From the sequence record PZ053912.1: a stretch of 64,000 nucleotides of DNA, one strand, 5' to 3'. The position numbers and the translations under genes are program-made. The notes below the pieces were generated by a model. That model saw only the letters and a list, made by a program, of their open reading frames with translations, did no database searches and had not been told where the DNA came from. Positions 22,075 through 32,811 of the stretch are shown here, piece after piece; the first letter of the stretch is position 1; every line of letters begins with the position of its first letter. The stretch is from a phage.

Positions 22075-22827
22075 ATGGCTAATATAATTCGTTGTAAATT
22101 ACCGGATGGTGTTCATCGTTTCAAGCCGTTCACCGTAGCGGATTATAGAGACTTTTTACTAGTTAGAAATGATATCGAACATCGTTCGCCACAAGAACAA
22201 AAAGAAATAATTGCCGATCTGATTGATGATTATTTTGGCGAGTACCCTAAAACATGGCAACCATTTATATTCCTGCAAGTTTTTGCAGGCTCTATAGGCA
22301 AAACAAAAGTTCCCGTTATTTTCACTTGCCCTAAATGCTCTAAAGAAAAAACTGCACCATTTGAGATATATCAAAAAGAACTAGTCGAACCTGAACTTGA
22401 TGTTGCTGGTATAAAAATACGTTTTTCTTTCCCTGAAAAGTTTTATGACAATAAAGCATTAATGATAAGTGAAAACATAAAGGAAATATATTATAATGAT
22501 GAATGGTACCCATGGAATGATTTGACTGAAGAGAACCAAATCCAAGTAATAGAAGCAATAGACATTGACTCGCTCGAGAAGGTTATTGCTTCTATGAACC
22601 CTATTAATTTGACCCTTAGATTAGGTTGTTGTGAACGTCATGTTAAAACATATACTGATATCTTAGAGGTTTTTAAATTGTTAGTTAACCCTGATGAGAT
22701 TTTTACATTCTATCAGATAAACCATTCACTAGTAAAGAGTCAATACACATTGGATTCTATTATGCAAATGATTCCTGTTGAACGTGGTATTGCTTTAACA
22801 TTAGTAGAAAAGGACCATAAAAAATGA
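22075..22827 (+). CDS. 51: baseplate hub assembly catalyst gp51
   Basis: 250 aa; divergent from gene 26; shares GIKIxF..P(K/E)xFxDxKALMI block with gp26. Confidence 0.85.
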   Translation: MANIIRCKLPDGVHRFKPFTVADYRDFLLVRNDIEHRSPQEQKEIIADLIDDYFGEYPKTWQPFIFLQVFAGSIGKTKVPVIFTCPKCSKEKTAPFEIYQKELVEPELDVAGIKIRFSFPEKFYDNKALMISENIKEIYYNDEWYPWNDLTEENQIQVIEAIDIDSLEKVIASMNPINLTLRLGCCERHVKTYTDILEVFKLLVNPDEIFTFYQINHSLVKSQYTLDSIMQMIPVERGIALTLVEKDHKK

Positions 22828-23996
22828 AAGTATTCCAACGTCCAGGATATCCTAACTTAAGCGTTAAATTATACCAAGATTATTCGGCTTGGCAAGAAAA
22901 TAGATACGTTGAACTCGCAGCAACAATAACAACTTTAACCATGCGAGATTCGCTATATGGAAGAAATGAAGGGATTCTTCAATTTTATGACACTAAAAAC
23001 ATCCACACTAAAATGGATGGTAGACAGATAGTCCAAATCTCTGTTTCAAATTCAAACACACCTCTCCAAGTTAGAACTCGAATTTATGGATGTAGACATT
23101 ATTCTGTGTCTGTGGACTCAAAAGGTGACAATATTATTGCAATTGAGCTTGGAACAATACATTCTATAGAGAACCTTAAATTTGGGCGACCATTCTTCTC
23201 AGACGCAGGAGAATCTATACGTGAAATGTTAGGTGTCATATATAAAGACCGTACGTTAATTACTCCGCCAATAAACACTATTAATGCTTATGTTCCTGAT
23301 ATTCCTTGGACAAGCACATTTGATGATTATTTGGCATATGTCAGAGAATTAGGACTTGCTACAGCGAGTGATAAGTTCGTATTCGTATGGCAAGATATTT
23401 TAGGCGTAAACATGATTGACTATGATACTCTTATTGGTCAGGAAGGCATTAAGATGATTGTAGGCGAGCCAAATACTGTAGGTCAGTATATTCAAGAGCT
23501 TGAGTATCCATTAGTATGGGATTTCACCTGGATGACTAAAGCTAACCAATTTACAAGAGACCCTATTAAAAACGCCACGATATTTGCTCATTCATTTTTA
23601 GATACATCTATTCCGGTTATTGTTACAGGTGATGGTGATAATGCTATTCTTGTGTCAAGATCAGGTGGATATTCCGAAATGACCTATCGTAATGGATTTG
23701 AAGAAGCAAGTCGTCTTCAGACAATGGCTCAATATGACGGATATGCTAAATGCACTACTACAGGTAATTTTAACATAACGCCTGCTACTAAAATTATATT
23801 TGTTGACCAAAAGAACCAATTCAAATCCGAATTTTACGTGGATGAAGTTATTCATGAGTTATCAAATAACAACTCACAAACTCATCTGTACATGTTTACC
23901 AACTCAATGGTGTTAGAACCTGTTAACCCAGTTAAGGTTAAAAATGAACTTAAATCTGATTCTACCTCTAAAGAAAATAATTCTACCACAGTCTAA
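22824..23996 (+). CDS. 27: baseplate hub subunit gp27
   Basis: 390 aa (T4 gp27 391 aa); synteny 51-27-28-29. Confidence 0.9.
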   Translation: MKVFQRPGYPNLSVKLYQDYSAWQENRYVELAATITTLTMRDSLYGRNEGILQFYDTKNIHTKMDGRQIVQISVSNSNTPLQVRTRIYGCRHYSVSVDSKGDNIIAIELGTIHSIENLKFGRPFFSDAGESIREMLGVIYKDRTLITPPINTINAYVPDIPWTSTFDDYLAYVRELGLATASDKFVFVWQDILGVNMIDYDTLIGQEGIKMIVGEPNTVGQYIQELEYPLVWDFTWMTKANQFTRDPIKNATIFAHSFLDTSIPVIVTGDGDNAILVSRSGGYSEMTYRNGFEEASRLQTMAQYDGYAKCTTTGNFNITPATKIIFVDQKNQFKSEFYVDEVIHELSNNNSQTHLYMFTNSMVLEPVNPVKVKNELKSDSTSKENNSTTV

Positions 23997-24477
23997 TAAA
24001 AAGGTAATGATTCCTAAATTAGGACTCAAACATTATAATCTTTTAAAGGACGTTAAAGGTCCTGACGAAAACATGAAAATCTTAGCAGATTCTATTTGTA
24101 AAAATATGAGTCCAGCAGATTTTGATTTTGCATGTCTACACATATTGGAATTTAATAACAAACTTAAGTCTGAAGTTGAAAAAGATGGATTCACTTATAA
24201 ACTAGATGACGTCTATGTATGCCAACGAACAGAATTCCAATTTCAAGGTAATACTTTTTATTTTAGACCACCGGGCAAATTTGAACAATTCGCTACAATC
24301 AGTGAAATGCTATCAAATTGCTTAATAAAAGTTAATGACGAAGAGAAAGAAATTTCTTTCCTTGAGATGCCTGCTTTTGTAATCAAATGGGCAGAAGACC
24401 TTTCGACAACTATTGCTATTCCAGGCCCTAATGGCCCTATTAAGGGTATAGCAGAAATTATTGGATTGCTTGAATGA
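23944..24477 (+). CDS. 28: baseplate hub distal subunit gp28 (alternative start possible at 24007)
   Basis: 177 aa ORF overlapping end of gene 27; an internal ATG at 24007 with AAGG RBS is an alternative start. Confidence 0.75.
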   Translation: MNLNLILPLKKIILPQSNKKVMIPKLGLKHYNLLKDVKGPDENMKILADSICKNMSPADFDFACLHILEFNNKLKSEVEKDGFTYKLDDVYVCQRTEFQFQGNTFYFRPPGKFEQFATISEMLSNCLIKVNDEEKEISFLEMPAFVIKWAEDLSTTIAIPGPNGPIKGIAEIIGLLE

Positions 24478-26246
24478 AACCTGAAGAAATGAAATCCATG
24501 CGTAGAAATAAGGTCATTGCCGATAATAAACCACAAAAAGTAGCTGCAACAGCAGCTACCGATTCATTAGAAGCATTGAATGACATTTCATCAAAACTAG
24601 ACGATGTCCAAGCCGCGTCTGAACTCACATCACAAAGTGTAGAAGATAAAGGCAATGGAATTATTGAATCAATTGGAGACTTAAAGAATTCGACAGATAA
24701 TACTGCTGAAGGCACAGAGCTTATCGCAGAAGTTATTGAAAAACAAACTGAAGTCACTAAAAGTATAAACGAAGTTTCTAGTGCAATAAGCTCTAAGTTA
24801 GATCGATTAGCTACATTATTAGAGCAAAAATTACAAACATCCACCGCTATTCAAAATACAGGAGGCACCTCTCTTGAAGTAATTGAGAACGCAATACCTG
24901 TTAAAGTGGTTGAGAATGAAACTTATGATGAGCTGTTTAAAGCATTACCTACACCTGAAAAGATTGATAATAAGCCAGACGAAGATTTCTTCCCAGCCCC
25001 GGTTCAAGAAAGTGCTAATTCTACTTCCGATTCTAAAGGCGGAATTAGCTTTAAATTGAGCGATAAAATCGCAATGCTCACCAAAACAGTTCAAGCCGGG
25101 TTTAATAAATCAATATCAATTTCAGACAGAATTGCTGGAATGCTTTTCAAATACACTATAACGGCTGCTATTGAAGCAGCAAAAATGGCCGCACTTATTC
25201 TTGGTATTGTTATCGGTATTGATTTATTGATAGTCCATTTCAAATATTGGACAGACAAGTTCACTTCTGCCTGGGATTTATTTGATGAAAACTTTACTAA
25301 ATTCTCCGATGAAGCTAAAGAGTGGGGTAAATTCTTAAGTGATATATTCACTTCTATTGACTCTATAAAACAATTGTGGGAAGCTGGAGACTGGGGTGGT
25401 TTAACCGTTGCTATTGTCAAAGGTGTAGGAACAGCATTAATGAACTTAGGTGAACTAATTCAATTAGGAATGGCTAAACTCTCTGCGTCTATATTGCGTG
25501 CTATAGGTTTTGGTGATACCGCGGACGAAATAGAAGGACGTGCTTTGGAAGGATTCCAAGAAACTACTGGGAACACATTAAAGAAAGAAGACCAAGAGAA
25601 AGTCGCTAAATATCAAATGAAGCGTGACGATGGGGAATTAGGAACCGTTTCTAAAGGTCTTGATATGTTACAACGCGGCAAAACATTCGTTACTAACTGG
25701 GTTCGTGGTAATGACAATAAAGAAGAGTTTAGTACAAGCGATGAGCGTGCTGCGGAATCGGCAAAATTAAAAGAGTTACCTGAAGAGGAGCGTAAAGAGG
25801 CGTATATAAAAGCTAATGAAACTCGTGCGGCACTGGTTAGATTTGAGGATTATATCGATAAAATCGATATGACTAATCCAGAAAATGCTAAAAACGTCGA
25901 GAAGTCTTATGCTGATTTAAGTAAACTTATTAAAGACCCTGAACTTAATAAAACTCCTGTTGTTAAAAAGGAATTAGATGCTAGATTTGAAAAGCTAAAT
26001 AATAAAATGGCTGAAGCCAAAAAGGCTCAGACAACAGTTAAGCCTGAATCTTCGACTAAATCTCCTGAAGCAAAACAAGTTCAGTCAATAGAGAAAGGAC
26101 GTGCTTCTGAATCTAAACAACAGCAACCGGTAGCGGCGATTAGTAACACAAATAATGTCGTCAAAAAGAATACCGTAGTCCAGAATATGACCCCTGTAAC
26201 AAGTACAACGGCTCCTGGAATTTTCCATGCTACCGGTGTTAATTAA
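24474..26246 (+). CDS. 29: baseplate hub subunit / tail length determinator gp29
   Basis: 590 aa, same size as T4 gp29; internal hydrophobic segment; synteny. Confidence 0.9.
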   Translation: MKPEEMKSMRRNKVIADNKPQKVAATAATDSLEALNDISSKLDDVQAASELTSQSVEDKGNGIIESIGDLKNSTDNTAEGTELIAEVIEKQTEVTKSINEVSSAISSKLDRLATLLEQKLQTSTAIQNTGGTSLEVIENAIPVKVVENETYDELFKALPTPEKIDNKPDEDFFPAPVQESANSTSDSKGGISFKLSDKIAMLTKTVQAGFNKSISISDRIAGMLFKYTITAAIEAAKMAALILGIVIGIDLLIVHFKYWTDKFTSAWDLFDENFTKFSDEAKEWGKFLSDIFTSIDSIKQLWEAGDWGGLTVAIVKGVGTALMNLGELIQLGMAKLSASILRAIGFGDTADEIEGRALEGFQETTGNTLKKEDQEKVAKYQMKRDDGELGTVSKGLDMLQRGKTFVTNWVRGNDNKEEFSTSDERAAESAKLKELPEEERKEAYIKANETRAALVRFEDYIDKIDMTNPENAKNVEKSYADLSKLIKDPELNKTPVVKKELDARFEKLNNKMAEAKKAQTTVKPESSTKSPEAKQVQSIEKGRASESKQQQPVAAISNTNNVVKKNTVVQNMTPVTSTTAPGIFHATGVN

Positions 26247-26254
26247 GGATTATT

Positions 26255-27364
26255 ATGATTAGTGTAAAAGAAATAGTAGTAGATGCAAAGGATTTAAATA
26301 AAGCAATCCCAGTCTCAGAAAGTGCTGGGCAAAGCACTAAAACCGAAACAACTACTAAAACTTATGTTGCTCAATTTCCTACAGGAAGAGCAGCCGGAAA
26401 TGACTCCACAGGAGACTTCCAGGTAACAGACCTTTATAAGAATGGATTATTATTTACCGCGTACAATATGTCTGCACGCGATTCAGGATCCCTCAGGAAT
26501 TTACGTCCGGCATACGCCGGCACTTCATCTAATGGTATCATATCAGATTTAACTGATAATGTGAAAGATGCAGTGACTAAATTCTCTAATGGGTTGCTTC
26601 CTGCCGGAGCTAATAAACCTACTATAAATAAAACTCCTGTTGCTAATATACTTTTGCCACGTTCCAAATCTGACGTTGATACAACTTCACACCGTTTTAA
26701 TGATATTGGCGATAGCCTTATTACTAAAGGTGGAGGTACTGCTACAGGTGTTTTAAGTAACATTGCTTCTACCGCAGTTTTTGGTGCATTAGACTCTATT
26801 ACTCAAGGGCTTATGGCCGATAATAACGAACAGATTTATACGACTTCTCGTAGTATGTATGGCGGTGCTGAGAACCGTACTAAAGTCTTTACATGGGATT
26901 TAACTCCACGTTCAACTGAAGACCTTATGGCTATTATAAACATTTACCAGTATTTTAACTATTTCTCATATGGTGAGACTGGTAAATCACAGTACGCCCA
27001 AGAGATTAAAAGTTATTTAGACGAGTGGTACCGTTCAACGTTTATTGAGCCTATGACACCAGACGATGCAGTAAAAAATAAGACATTGTTTGAAAAGATT
27101 ACTGCGTCATTAACAAATGTATTAGTTGTAAGCAACCCTACAATTTGGATGGTTAAAAACTTTGGTTATACGTCTAAATTTGATGGATTAACTGACGTAT
27201 TTGGCCCATGCCAAATTCAAAGCGTACGTTTTGATAAAACTCCAAATGGACAATTTAATGGTCTCGCTGTTGCTCCTAACTTACCGTCAACATTTACGTT
27301 AGAGATAACAATGCGAGAAATTATTACATTAAACCGTTCTTCACTTTATGCGGGGACTTTCTAA
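26255..27364 (+). CDS. 48: baseplate tail tube junction protein gp48
   Basis: 369 aa; synteny between 29 and 54. Confidence 0.85.
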   Translation: MISVKEIVVDAKDLNKAIPVSESAGQSTKTETTTKTYVAQFPTGRAAGNDSTGDFQVTDLYKNGLLFTAYNMSARDSGSLRNLRPAYAGTSSNGIISDLTDNVKDAVTKFSNGLLPAGANKPTINKTPVANILLPRSKSDVDTTSHRFNDIGDSLITKGGGTATGVLSNIASTAVFGALDSITQGLMADNNEQIYTTSRSMYGGAENRTKVFTWDLTPRSTEDLMAIINIYQYFNYFSYGETGKSQYAQEIKSYLDEWYRSTFIEPMTPDDAVKNKTLFEKITASLTNVLVVSNPTIWMVKNFGYTSKFDGLTDVFGPCQIQSVRFDKTPNGQFNGLAVAPNLPSTFTLEITMREIITLNRSSLYAGTF

Positions 27365-28326
27365 TGTACTCTTTAGAAGAATTTAATAACCAAGCTATAA
27401 ATGCAGATTTCCAACGAAACAATATGTTTAGTTGTGTATTTGCTACTACACCATCAACCAAATCGTCTTCACTAATTTCGTCAATTGGTAGTTTTGCTTA
27501 TAATAACTTAGGGTTGGATTCTGATTGGTTAGGATTAACTCAAGGTGATATCAATCAGGGCGTAACAACCCTGATTACAGCAGGAACACAGAAATTAATT
27601 CGAAAATCAGGTATAAGTAAATATCTGATTGGAGCAATGAGTCAACGTACGGTACAAAGCTTGTTAGGCGAGTTCACAGTAGGAGCTTATCTGATAGACT
27701 TCTTCAATATGGCATATAATAATACAGGTTTAATGATTTATTCTGTAAAAATGCCTGAGAACCGATTATCTTATGAAACAGATTTCAACTATAACTCCCC
27801 GAACATCCGAATTACCGGCCGTGAAATGGACCCGTTAGTAATAAGCTTTAGAATGGATTCTGAAGCATCTAACTTTAGAGCAATGCAAGACTGGGTAAAC
27901 TCAGTCCAAGACCCTGTAACAGGTCTTCGTGCTTTACCACAAGACGTCGAAGCAGATATTCAGGTTAATTTACATGCACGAAATGGTTTACCACATACCG
28001 CTGTCATGTTCACCGGATGTATTCCTGTTAGTGTCTCTTCTCCTGAGTTAACGTATGATGGTGATAATCAGATAACAGTTTTTGATGTAACATTTGCTTA
28101 TCGCGTTATGCAATCAGGTGCTGTAAATAGACAGGCTGCTTTAGAATGGCTGGAATCAGGACTTATTAGTAGTGTTTCAGGAATGTTTGGAAATAATCAG
28201 AATGATTCTGGTCTAGGAAGTGCAGTATCAAGACTTTCTAGATTAGGTGGGACTGCTGGAGGTGTGTCTAATATAAACACATTGACAGGTGTTGTGAATT
28301 CTGCGTCAAGAGTTTTAGGACTATAA
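27364..28326 (+). CDS. 54: baseplate tail tube initiator gp54
   Basis: 320 aa (same as T4 gp54); followed by hairpin terminator. Confidence 0.85.
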   Translation: MYSLEEFNNQAINADFQRNNMFSCVFATTPSTKSSSLISSIGSFAYNNLGLDSDWLGLTQGDINQGVTTLITAGTQKLIRKSGISKYLIGAMSQRTVQSLLGEFTVGAYLIDFFNMAYNNTGLMIYSVKMPENRLSYETDFNYNSPNIRITGREMDPLVISFRMDSEASNFRAMQDWVNSVQDPVTGLRALPQDVEADIQVNLHARNGLPHTAVMFTGCIPVSVSSPELTYDGDNQITVFDVTFAYRVMQSGAVNRQAALEWLESGLISSVSGMFGNNQNDSGLGSAVSRLSRLGGTAGGVSNINTLTGVVNSASRVLGL

Positions 28327-28333
28327 GAAAAAA

Positions 28334-28354
28334 GGGAGACAACGTCTCCCTTTA
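28334..28354. terminator. bidirectional terminator between gene 54 and the convergent minus-strand block
   Basis: gggagacAACgtctccc hairpin flanked by A-run upstream and T-rich tract downstream. Confidence 0.65.
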
Positions 28355-28359
28355 GGGGT

Positions 28360-28653
28360 TTATTTACGGAATGAAAGGAATGCTGGTGCTCGGAATGGAG
28401 TATCATCTTTAGAGTATTTAACTAATACGACCATTGGTACCTCTGTTTCTAAATGACCTGTCACTACACCGACAAAAATTTGATCAGTGTGCTCAGGGTC
28501 ACGAAAGTTTTTAAGAGGTTCCATAGCAATATGGAATGCACCTGGGAATACTCGATTCAATTCGTCAATCACAGCTTCGTTAAAAACATCATCCGCTGGG
28601 ATAACATCTTCAACTACTAGTTCTTGACCATTAAAGCGAAGCATAGATTTCAT
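28360..28653 (-). CDS. hypothetical protein (97 aa from internal ATG)
   Basis: Minus ORF; start placed at ATG 28653 with GAGGAAA RBS because an early-promoter-like motif lies inside the longer track ORF. Confidence 0.5.
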   Translation of the reverse strand: MKSMLRFNGQELVVEDVIPADDVFNEAVIDELNRVFPGAFHIAMEPLKNFRDPEHTDQIFVGVVTGHLETEVPMVVLVKYSKDDTPFRAPAFLSFRK

Positions 28654-28683
28654 AACGTTTTCCTCATGTTGTTGATGGGATGA

Positions 28684-28711
28684 TAGTATCACACATCCAT
28701 GTGTTTGTAAA
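28684..28711 (-). promoter_or_regulatory. early-type promoter (GTTTAC-N16-TACTAT)
   Basis: Same motif family; directly downstream of alt stop, upstream of the 97-aa ORF. Confidence 0.45.
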
Positions 28712-30799
28712 CTATCCTTGGACAAATTTAAACGGAACTGATTCTAAATCCATTAAAGATGCTAACAATTTCAATCCTTTAGGAGCACTAGTTTTTTCTA
28801 CAAACGTGGAGAACGATACCAGCTCATCTGATTCGATTTCACCCGTCATAGCAACCACCTCGCCTGTTTCCATGAGAACATCACCGTCGTAAATGACAGC
28901 TTCGTCCAACTGGTCTGAGGACATGACTTCAGCTTGAATAAATTTAAGGTTGGATTCTAAACCTGCACCAGTGTCAGATGACGCATCTGTAATTTTATTT
29001 ATCTGCAAGAGAATGCCTCTAGGCAAAATAATTTCTTGCTCGTTAGGGTGATTACTCAACTGTCCAGGATAAATCACGTTAACTTTATGGGCGCCATCAA
29101 TAGCCCATCCAACGTTAACACGGATTTGGTCTGGTGCATGCATAGCTGTTCTTACTTGACTAGGAGAAATAGTAACACCTTCGTCATTATTGTCAATGTT
29201 AAGCTCTTTGCGAACTTCTTCAGGAGCAAGTCCAAGGGCAACGTTCTCTTTAAACCCACCGAAAATAATAGGAGCTAGTGAAGTGGAAACATAGTTTCTG
29301 AAGTAGAATACCTTATTTTTAACCATTGCTTCGTAAATAGGCATTCTGATAGACTGAGCTCTATATAACGTTAGTCCTTCAGGTAAACGGTCTCCATTTA
29401 AAAACGCTGAATCAAGACCATCAATAGCGCGCTTAACTTCATCTTCATCTGCAACATCGTAAAAATCTGGTTTATAACGACCTAACAACATATTATTGAT
29501 ATCGGTATACGCAGAAGAGGCATATTCACGAATAGCTCGTTTTTCAGCAACAGAGTATTGTTTAGGGTCCCGATTCATTGTTATATTAAAGGTGCCTCTA
29601 GCCGATTCTCGTGCATAAGTATACATCACATTAGACAAGAACGCTGATTTACGTTGTTTCCAAGTTCTTTCAGATACTTCAGCTAAAACATCGTCAGGCA
29701 GTTGGAAATTATCACGTCTAAAATCTTCAAACCATTCGTCTCTAATAGAGTCTGCAATTTCGTTTGCAGCTTCAACAAAAGCGGCTAATGCTTTAACAGA
29801 TGTTGTTTTTTCAGTTTTAATTTTCTTAGCAAACTTTTCTAAAGTCGGCTTAATAACACTACCATAAGAAACTTCATCAGCAAATTTAAAGGATTCATCA
29901 ATACGATTATAAATCTTATTTTCGATATCAGCAACTAAAGTGCCTTTTGCTGTGGACGATGCTTGGGCTAGTACAATTTCATATGCTTCAGGAAGTAATT
30001 CGGCTGTAGCCGGGCCACTAACTTCTTTAGCAGAATTTTCGTATTTCTGGAATAACTCACCTTCTTGTCGGTCAGCTTCTAAAGATTGACTTGCTGCAAT
30101 AGCACGACGAGAAATTTTAGTACGAGCAATAACAGGCTTATCTTTACGTTTTTCTTCTACAGCAGCAATAGAACCAGCGATAGCCGTTTCTTTGGTGACC
30201 TTTTCGCCAGTCTTTTTACTCACATAAACTTCGCCAACATCAGAATCTACTTTCGTGTACAACTCTGTGTTAATGTTAGGGATGCCTTTAATATCTTCAA
30301 TGTTGGCATTTTTACGAACCATCATCACATAGGTGTGTTTACCTGTGAATTGATACATTGCCGACAATACTTTAAAACGACCACCGGTTTTAGTAGAAAC
30401 TAAACGAGCAAGAAGAGTTTGAAGTTGTTGTCCACGGCCTTTCAATTTCTTGGTAGGGAACCGGAACAGAACTGCATCCATACGAAGAGCTTTAACCTGT
30501 TCATATACTGTATTGAAAATAGTGTTGATTGCATCAATAGGAGCAGGACCAAGGCCATTTTTCAATTCAGCGAGATTGCCCTTTTCAGATAGACTCATAA
30601 TAACAACATGAGCGTATTTGTCGCCAAGTTTAACTTGTTTTACAGCATCACCTTCGGAAAGGTAAGAGAATAAGCGAACTACGATGTTTGTATCGATATC
30701 ACCAATTTTCCAGACTTGTGGAACTTTAGCTTTAGGGTTCAAATTGACGACAGGAAGACTGCCTTCAGATTCAAACACTTCATTTAATTGTTCAGACAT
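28712..30799 (-). CDS. alt: Alt-like mono-ADP-ribosyltransferase (packaged RNAP-modifying enzyme)
   Basis: 695 aa (T4 Alt 682 aa); R...STS...ExE arrangement (LYRAQS, YVSTSL, EQEIILPRG); position between 54 and ligase as in T4. Confidence 0.85.
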   Translation of the reverse strand: MSEQLNEVFESEGSLPVVNLNPKAKVPQVWKIGDIDTNIVVRLFSYLSEGDAVKQVKLGDKYAHVVIMSLSEKGNLAELKNGLGPAPIDAINTIFNTVYEQVKALRMDAVLFRFPTKKLKGRGQQLQTLLARLVSTKTGGRFKVLSAMYQFTGKHTYVMMVRKNANIEDIKGIPNINTELYTKVDSDVGEVYVSKKTGEKVTKETAIAGSIAAVEEKRKDKPVIARTKISRRAIAASQSLEADRQEGELFQKYENSAKEVSGPATAELLPEAYEIVLAQASSTAKGTLVADIENKIYNRIDESFKFADEVSYGSVIKPTLEKFAKKIKTEKTTSVKALAAFVEAANEIADSIRDEWFEDFRRDNFQLPDDVLAEVSERTWKQRKSAFLSNVMYTYARESARGTFNITMNRDPKQYSVAEKRAIREYASSAYTDINNMLLGRYKPDFYDVADEDEVKRAIDGLDSAFLNGDRLPEGLTLYRAQSIRMPIYEAMVKNKVFYFRNYVSTSLAPIIFGGFKENVALGLAPEEVRKELNIDNNDEGVTISPSQVRTAMHAPDQIRVNVGWAIDGAHKVNVIYPGQLSNHPNEQEIILPRGILLQINKITDASSDTGAGLESNLKFIQAEVMSSDQLDEAVIYDGDVLMETGEVVAMTGEIESDELVSFSTFVEKTSAPKGLKLLASLMDLESVPFKFVQG

Positions 30800-30839
30800 A
30801 GTGTTTTCCTTTTAGTAATAATTTATATTTATGCCAAAA

Positions 30840-30855
30840 AGAGCCCGAAGGCTCT
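30840..30855 (-). terminator. terminator hairpin upstream of alt
   Basis: agagccCGAAggctct; minus-strand reading followed by UUUUUGG. Confidence 0.55.
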
Positions 30856-31064
30856 TAATCCACAATCGGGAGCAAAGTACGATAAACTTCAAAATTAGGG
30901 CCTTTTTCGTACTTATCAAAATTGTCCATAAAAATATTATAGGAATCGTTATTAGGAAAATCTAATATAATCTGAGAGCAAGAGGTGGAAACATCTCCAC
31001 CATCCTTCTTAGCTACAATAACTGTTTCTAAATAAGCTTTCATTATAAACCTGTCTGGGACCAC
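30855..31064 (-). CDS. hypothetical protein (69 aa)
   Basis: Small ORF between ligase and alt, followed by hairpin terminator. Confidence 0.5.
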   Translation of the reverse strand: MVPDRFIMKAYLETVIVAKKDGGDVSTSCSQIILDFPNNDSYNIFMDNFDKYEKGPNFEVYRTLLPIVD

Positions 31065-32536
31065 GGTCCAAATACGTCTTCAAATGAATCCGCTTCTGTT
31101 TTATCAAAACGGAACCCTTTAATAATTGGAAGGAAAATACCTACAGTGCCTTCACGGCCTTTAGAATGAACCCAACCATTACATTCACAATCAGCGATAC
31201 GTCCGATTAATTTACCTTCACGAGCTTCGGTCATTAATCGTTCACGGTCTAAATCATGACGCTCGTCTAAAGGAATAAGAACCTTTACACCGTCAACTGT
31301 TTTATGAGTTGTATCTTTAAACCCTGAACCACAATCGGTTGTAATACGACGACAACGTGATACGAGTTCGACACCACCTAATTTGTTAGGGTCTTTAGAG
31401 TGTTCATAGTATCCTACAACTTCTAAAGCGATATCAATAACTTCTTTAAATTTAATTAGGTTCTTAGAGCGTTTGTTTTCCCAATATGAATCACGGTTTT
31501 TAAGGATAATACCTTCAAGACCTTGGTCAACATATTTTTTATAAACCACTTTAGCTTCATCAAGATTACGAACTAACTGATTTTCAATTGGCTCGATTCG
31601 CTTAAAGCCTTCAGCCATATTTTCAAGAGCAGCAAAACGAACATCGTATTTCTGACCTTTAATTTTGCCGTCAGAATAGACTTCATCTAAAGGAACATAG
31701 TCCCAGGCTTGAAGAACCATACCTTCCGCTTCTTTAGGAGAAATAGTCCCTTGAAGAGATTTATTTGCTAAACCATTTGAAGTGCTACGGTCTGCAACTT
31801 GTACTTCTTCAGATTCTTCATTATCACCAAATAAGAATGACAGGTCATTTCCTGAGCTCACAGCCTTTTTAATATCGAATGAATGATAAACTAATTCACC
31901 GTCGATTAAAACCCCATTAGGGTGTCTTTCACGAGCTTCTTTAGTCATTTCCATTAGTTCATCCTCTAATAGAGTAAGACCATGGTATTCGTTACCGGCA
32001 CGAGAAAAGAATTGAACACCATCATCGCGAACTTCAGCGAAACAACGAGCGCCATCTGCTTTTAATTGGGCAAATGCAGGCCATTTAATATTTTTAGTAA
32101 TCAATTTCTCATCATATGCAGATGCTAACATCTGTGGTTGCAATTGAATAAGTCCAGGCCACACCTTATTAGCAATAGACACTGAAGCACCTACTTCAAG
32201 GTCGCGCATCATTACACGACGAAGGACTTCTACATCATCAGGTTTACCATCAGCGATATAACCCATGAGCTCTTTAATTGCAGCATTACCAGTGAGTTTA
32301 CGAGTGGCTAATGTGAACTCAATAAAATCCAACATGTCATCTAATTCAAGAAGACCATATGCTTGAGACCTTTCACCCGGCCCTGGCCATTTCTTAATAT
32401 AATACTGGATACCACGTGCATATGTTAAACGATACACACGTTCAAGTAATTTGTTGTCCTTATTTCTCTTAAGGATTTCTTGTTTTGTTTTAGTAGAACC
32501 GATCGCAGCTATTTGGTTTAAAATATCTAAAATCAT
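31043..32536 (-). CDS. 30: ATP-dependent DNA ligase gp30
   Basis: 497 aa; adenylation motif I KADGARC; size and position as T4 ligase. Confidence 0.95.
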   Translation of the reverse strand: MILDILNQIAAIGSTKTKQEILKRNKDNKLLERVYRLTYARGIQYYIKKWPGPGERSQAYGLLELDDMLDFIEFTLATRKLTGNAAIKELMGYIADGKPDDVEVLRRVMMRDLEVGASVSIANKVWPGLIQLQPQMLASAYDEKLITKNIKWPAFAQLKADGARCFAEVRDDGVQFFSRAGNEYHGLTLLEDELMEMTKEARERHPNGVLIDGELVYHSFDIKKAVSSGNDLSFLFGDNEESEEVQVADRSTSNGLANKSLQGTISPKEAEGMVLQAWDYVPLDEVYSDGKIKGQKYDVRFAALENMAEGFKRIEPIENQLVRNLDEAKVVYKKYVDQGLEGIILKNRDSYWENKRSKNLIKFKEVIDIALEVVGYYEHSKDPNKLGGVELVSRCRRITTDCGSGFKDTTHKTVDGVKVLIPLDERHDLDRERLMTEAREGKLIGRIADCECNGWVHSKGREGTVGIFLPIIKGFRFDKTEADSFEDVFGPWSQTGL

Positions 32537-32802
32537 TTGATGTCCTCGATTTTGGTTACGGTTCTATTATAAGCCACTTCATCTAGAAGCGATTTCAACG
32601 TTTTCTGATAAGTGGTAATCCATTTACCAAGACCTTCAACATAATATTCTGAAATGTAGATGAACCCTTGTTCAACACACTCTTTAAATATTTCTGCGTC
32701 TTTTACTGAACGAAACAATGGCCAGTCTCGAAAGAACATGTTAACGTGACCGTAGTCACGCGTTGTGTTTTTACCATCTGTAATATCATGAACTACAAAC
32801 AT
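32533..32802 (-). CDS. hypothetical protein (89 aa; 30.1-like position)
   Basis: ORF overlapping ligase start by 4 nt. Confidence 0.55.
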   Translation of the reverse strand: MFVVHDITDGKNTTRDYGHVNMFFRDWPLFRSVKDAEIFKECVEQGFIYISEYYVEGLGKWITTYQKTLKSLLDEVAYNRTVTKIEDIK

Positions 32803-32811
32803 AATTAACCC

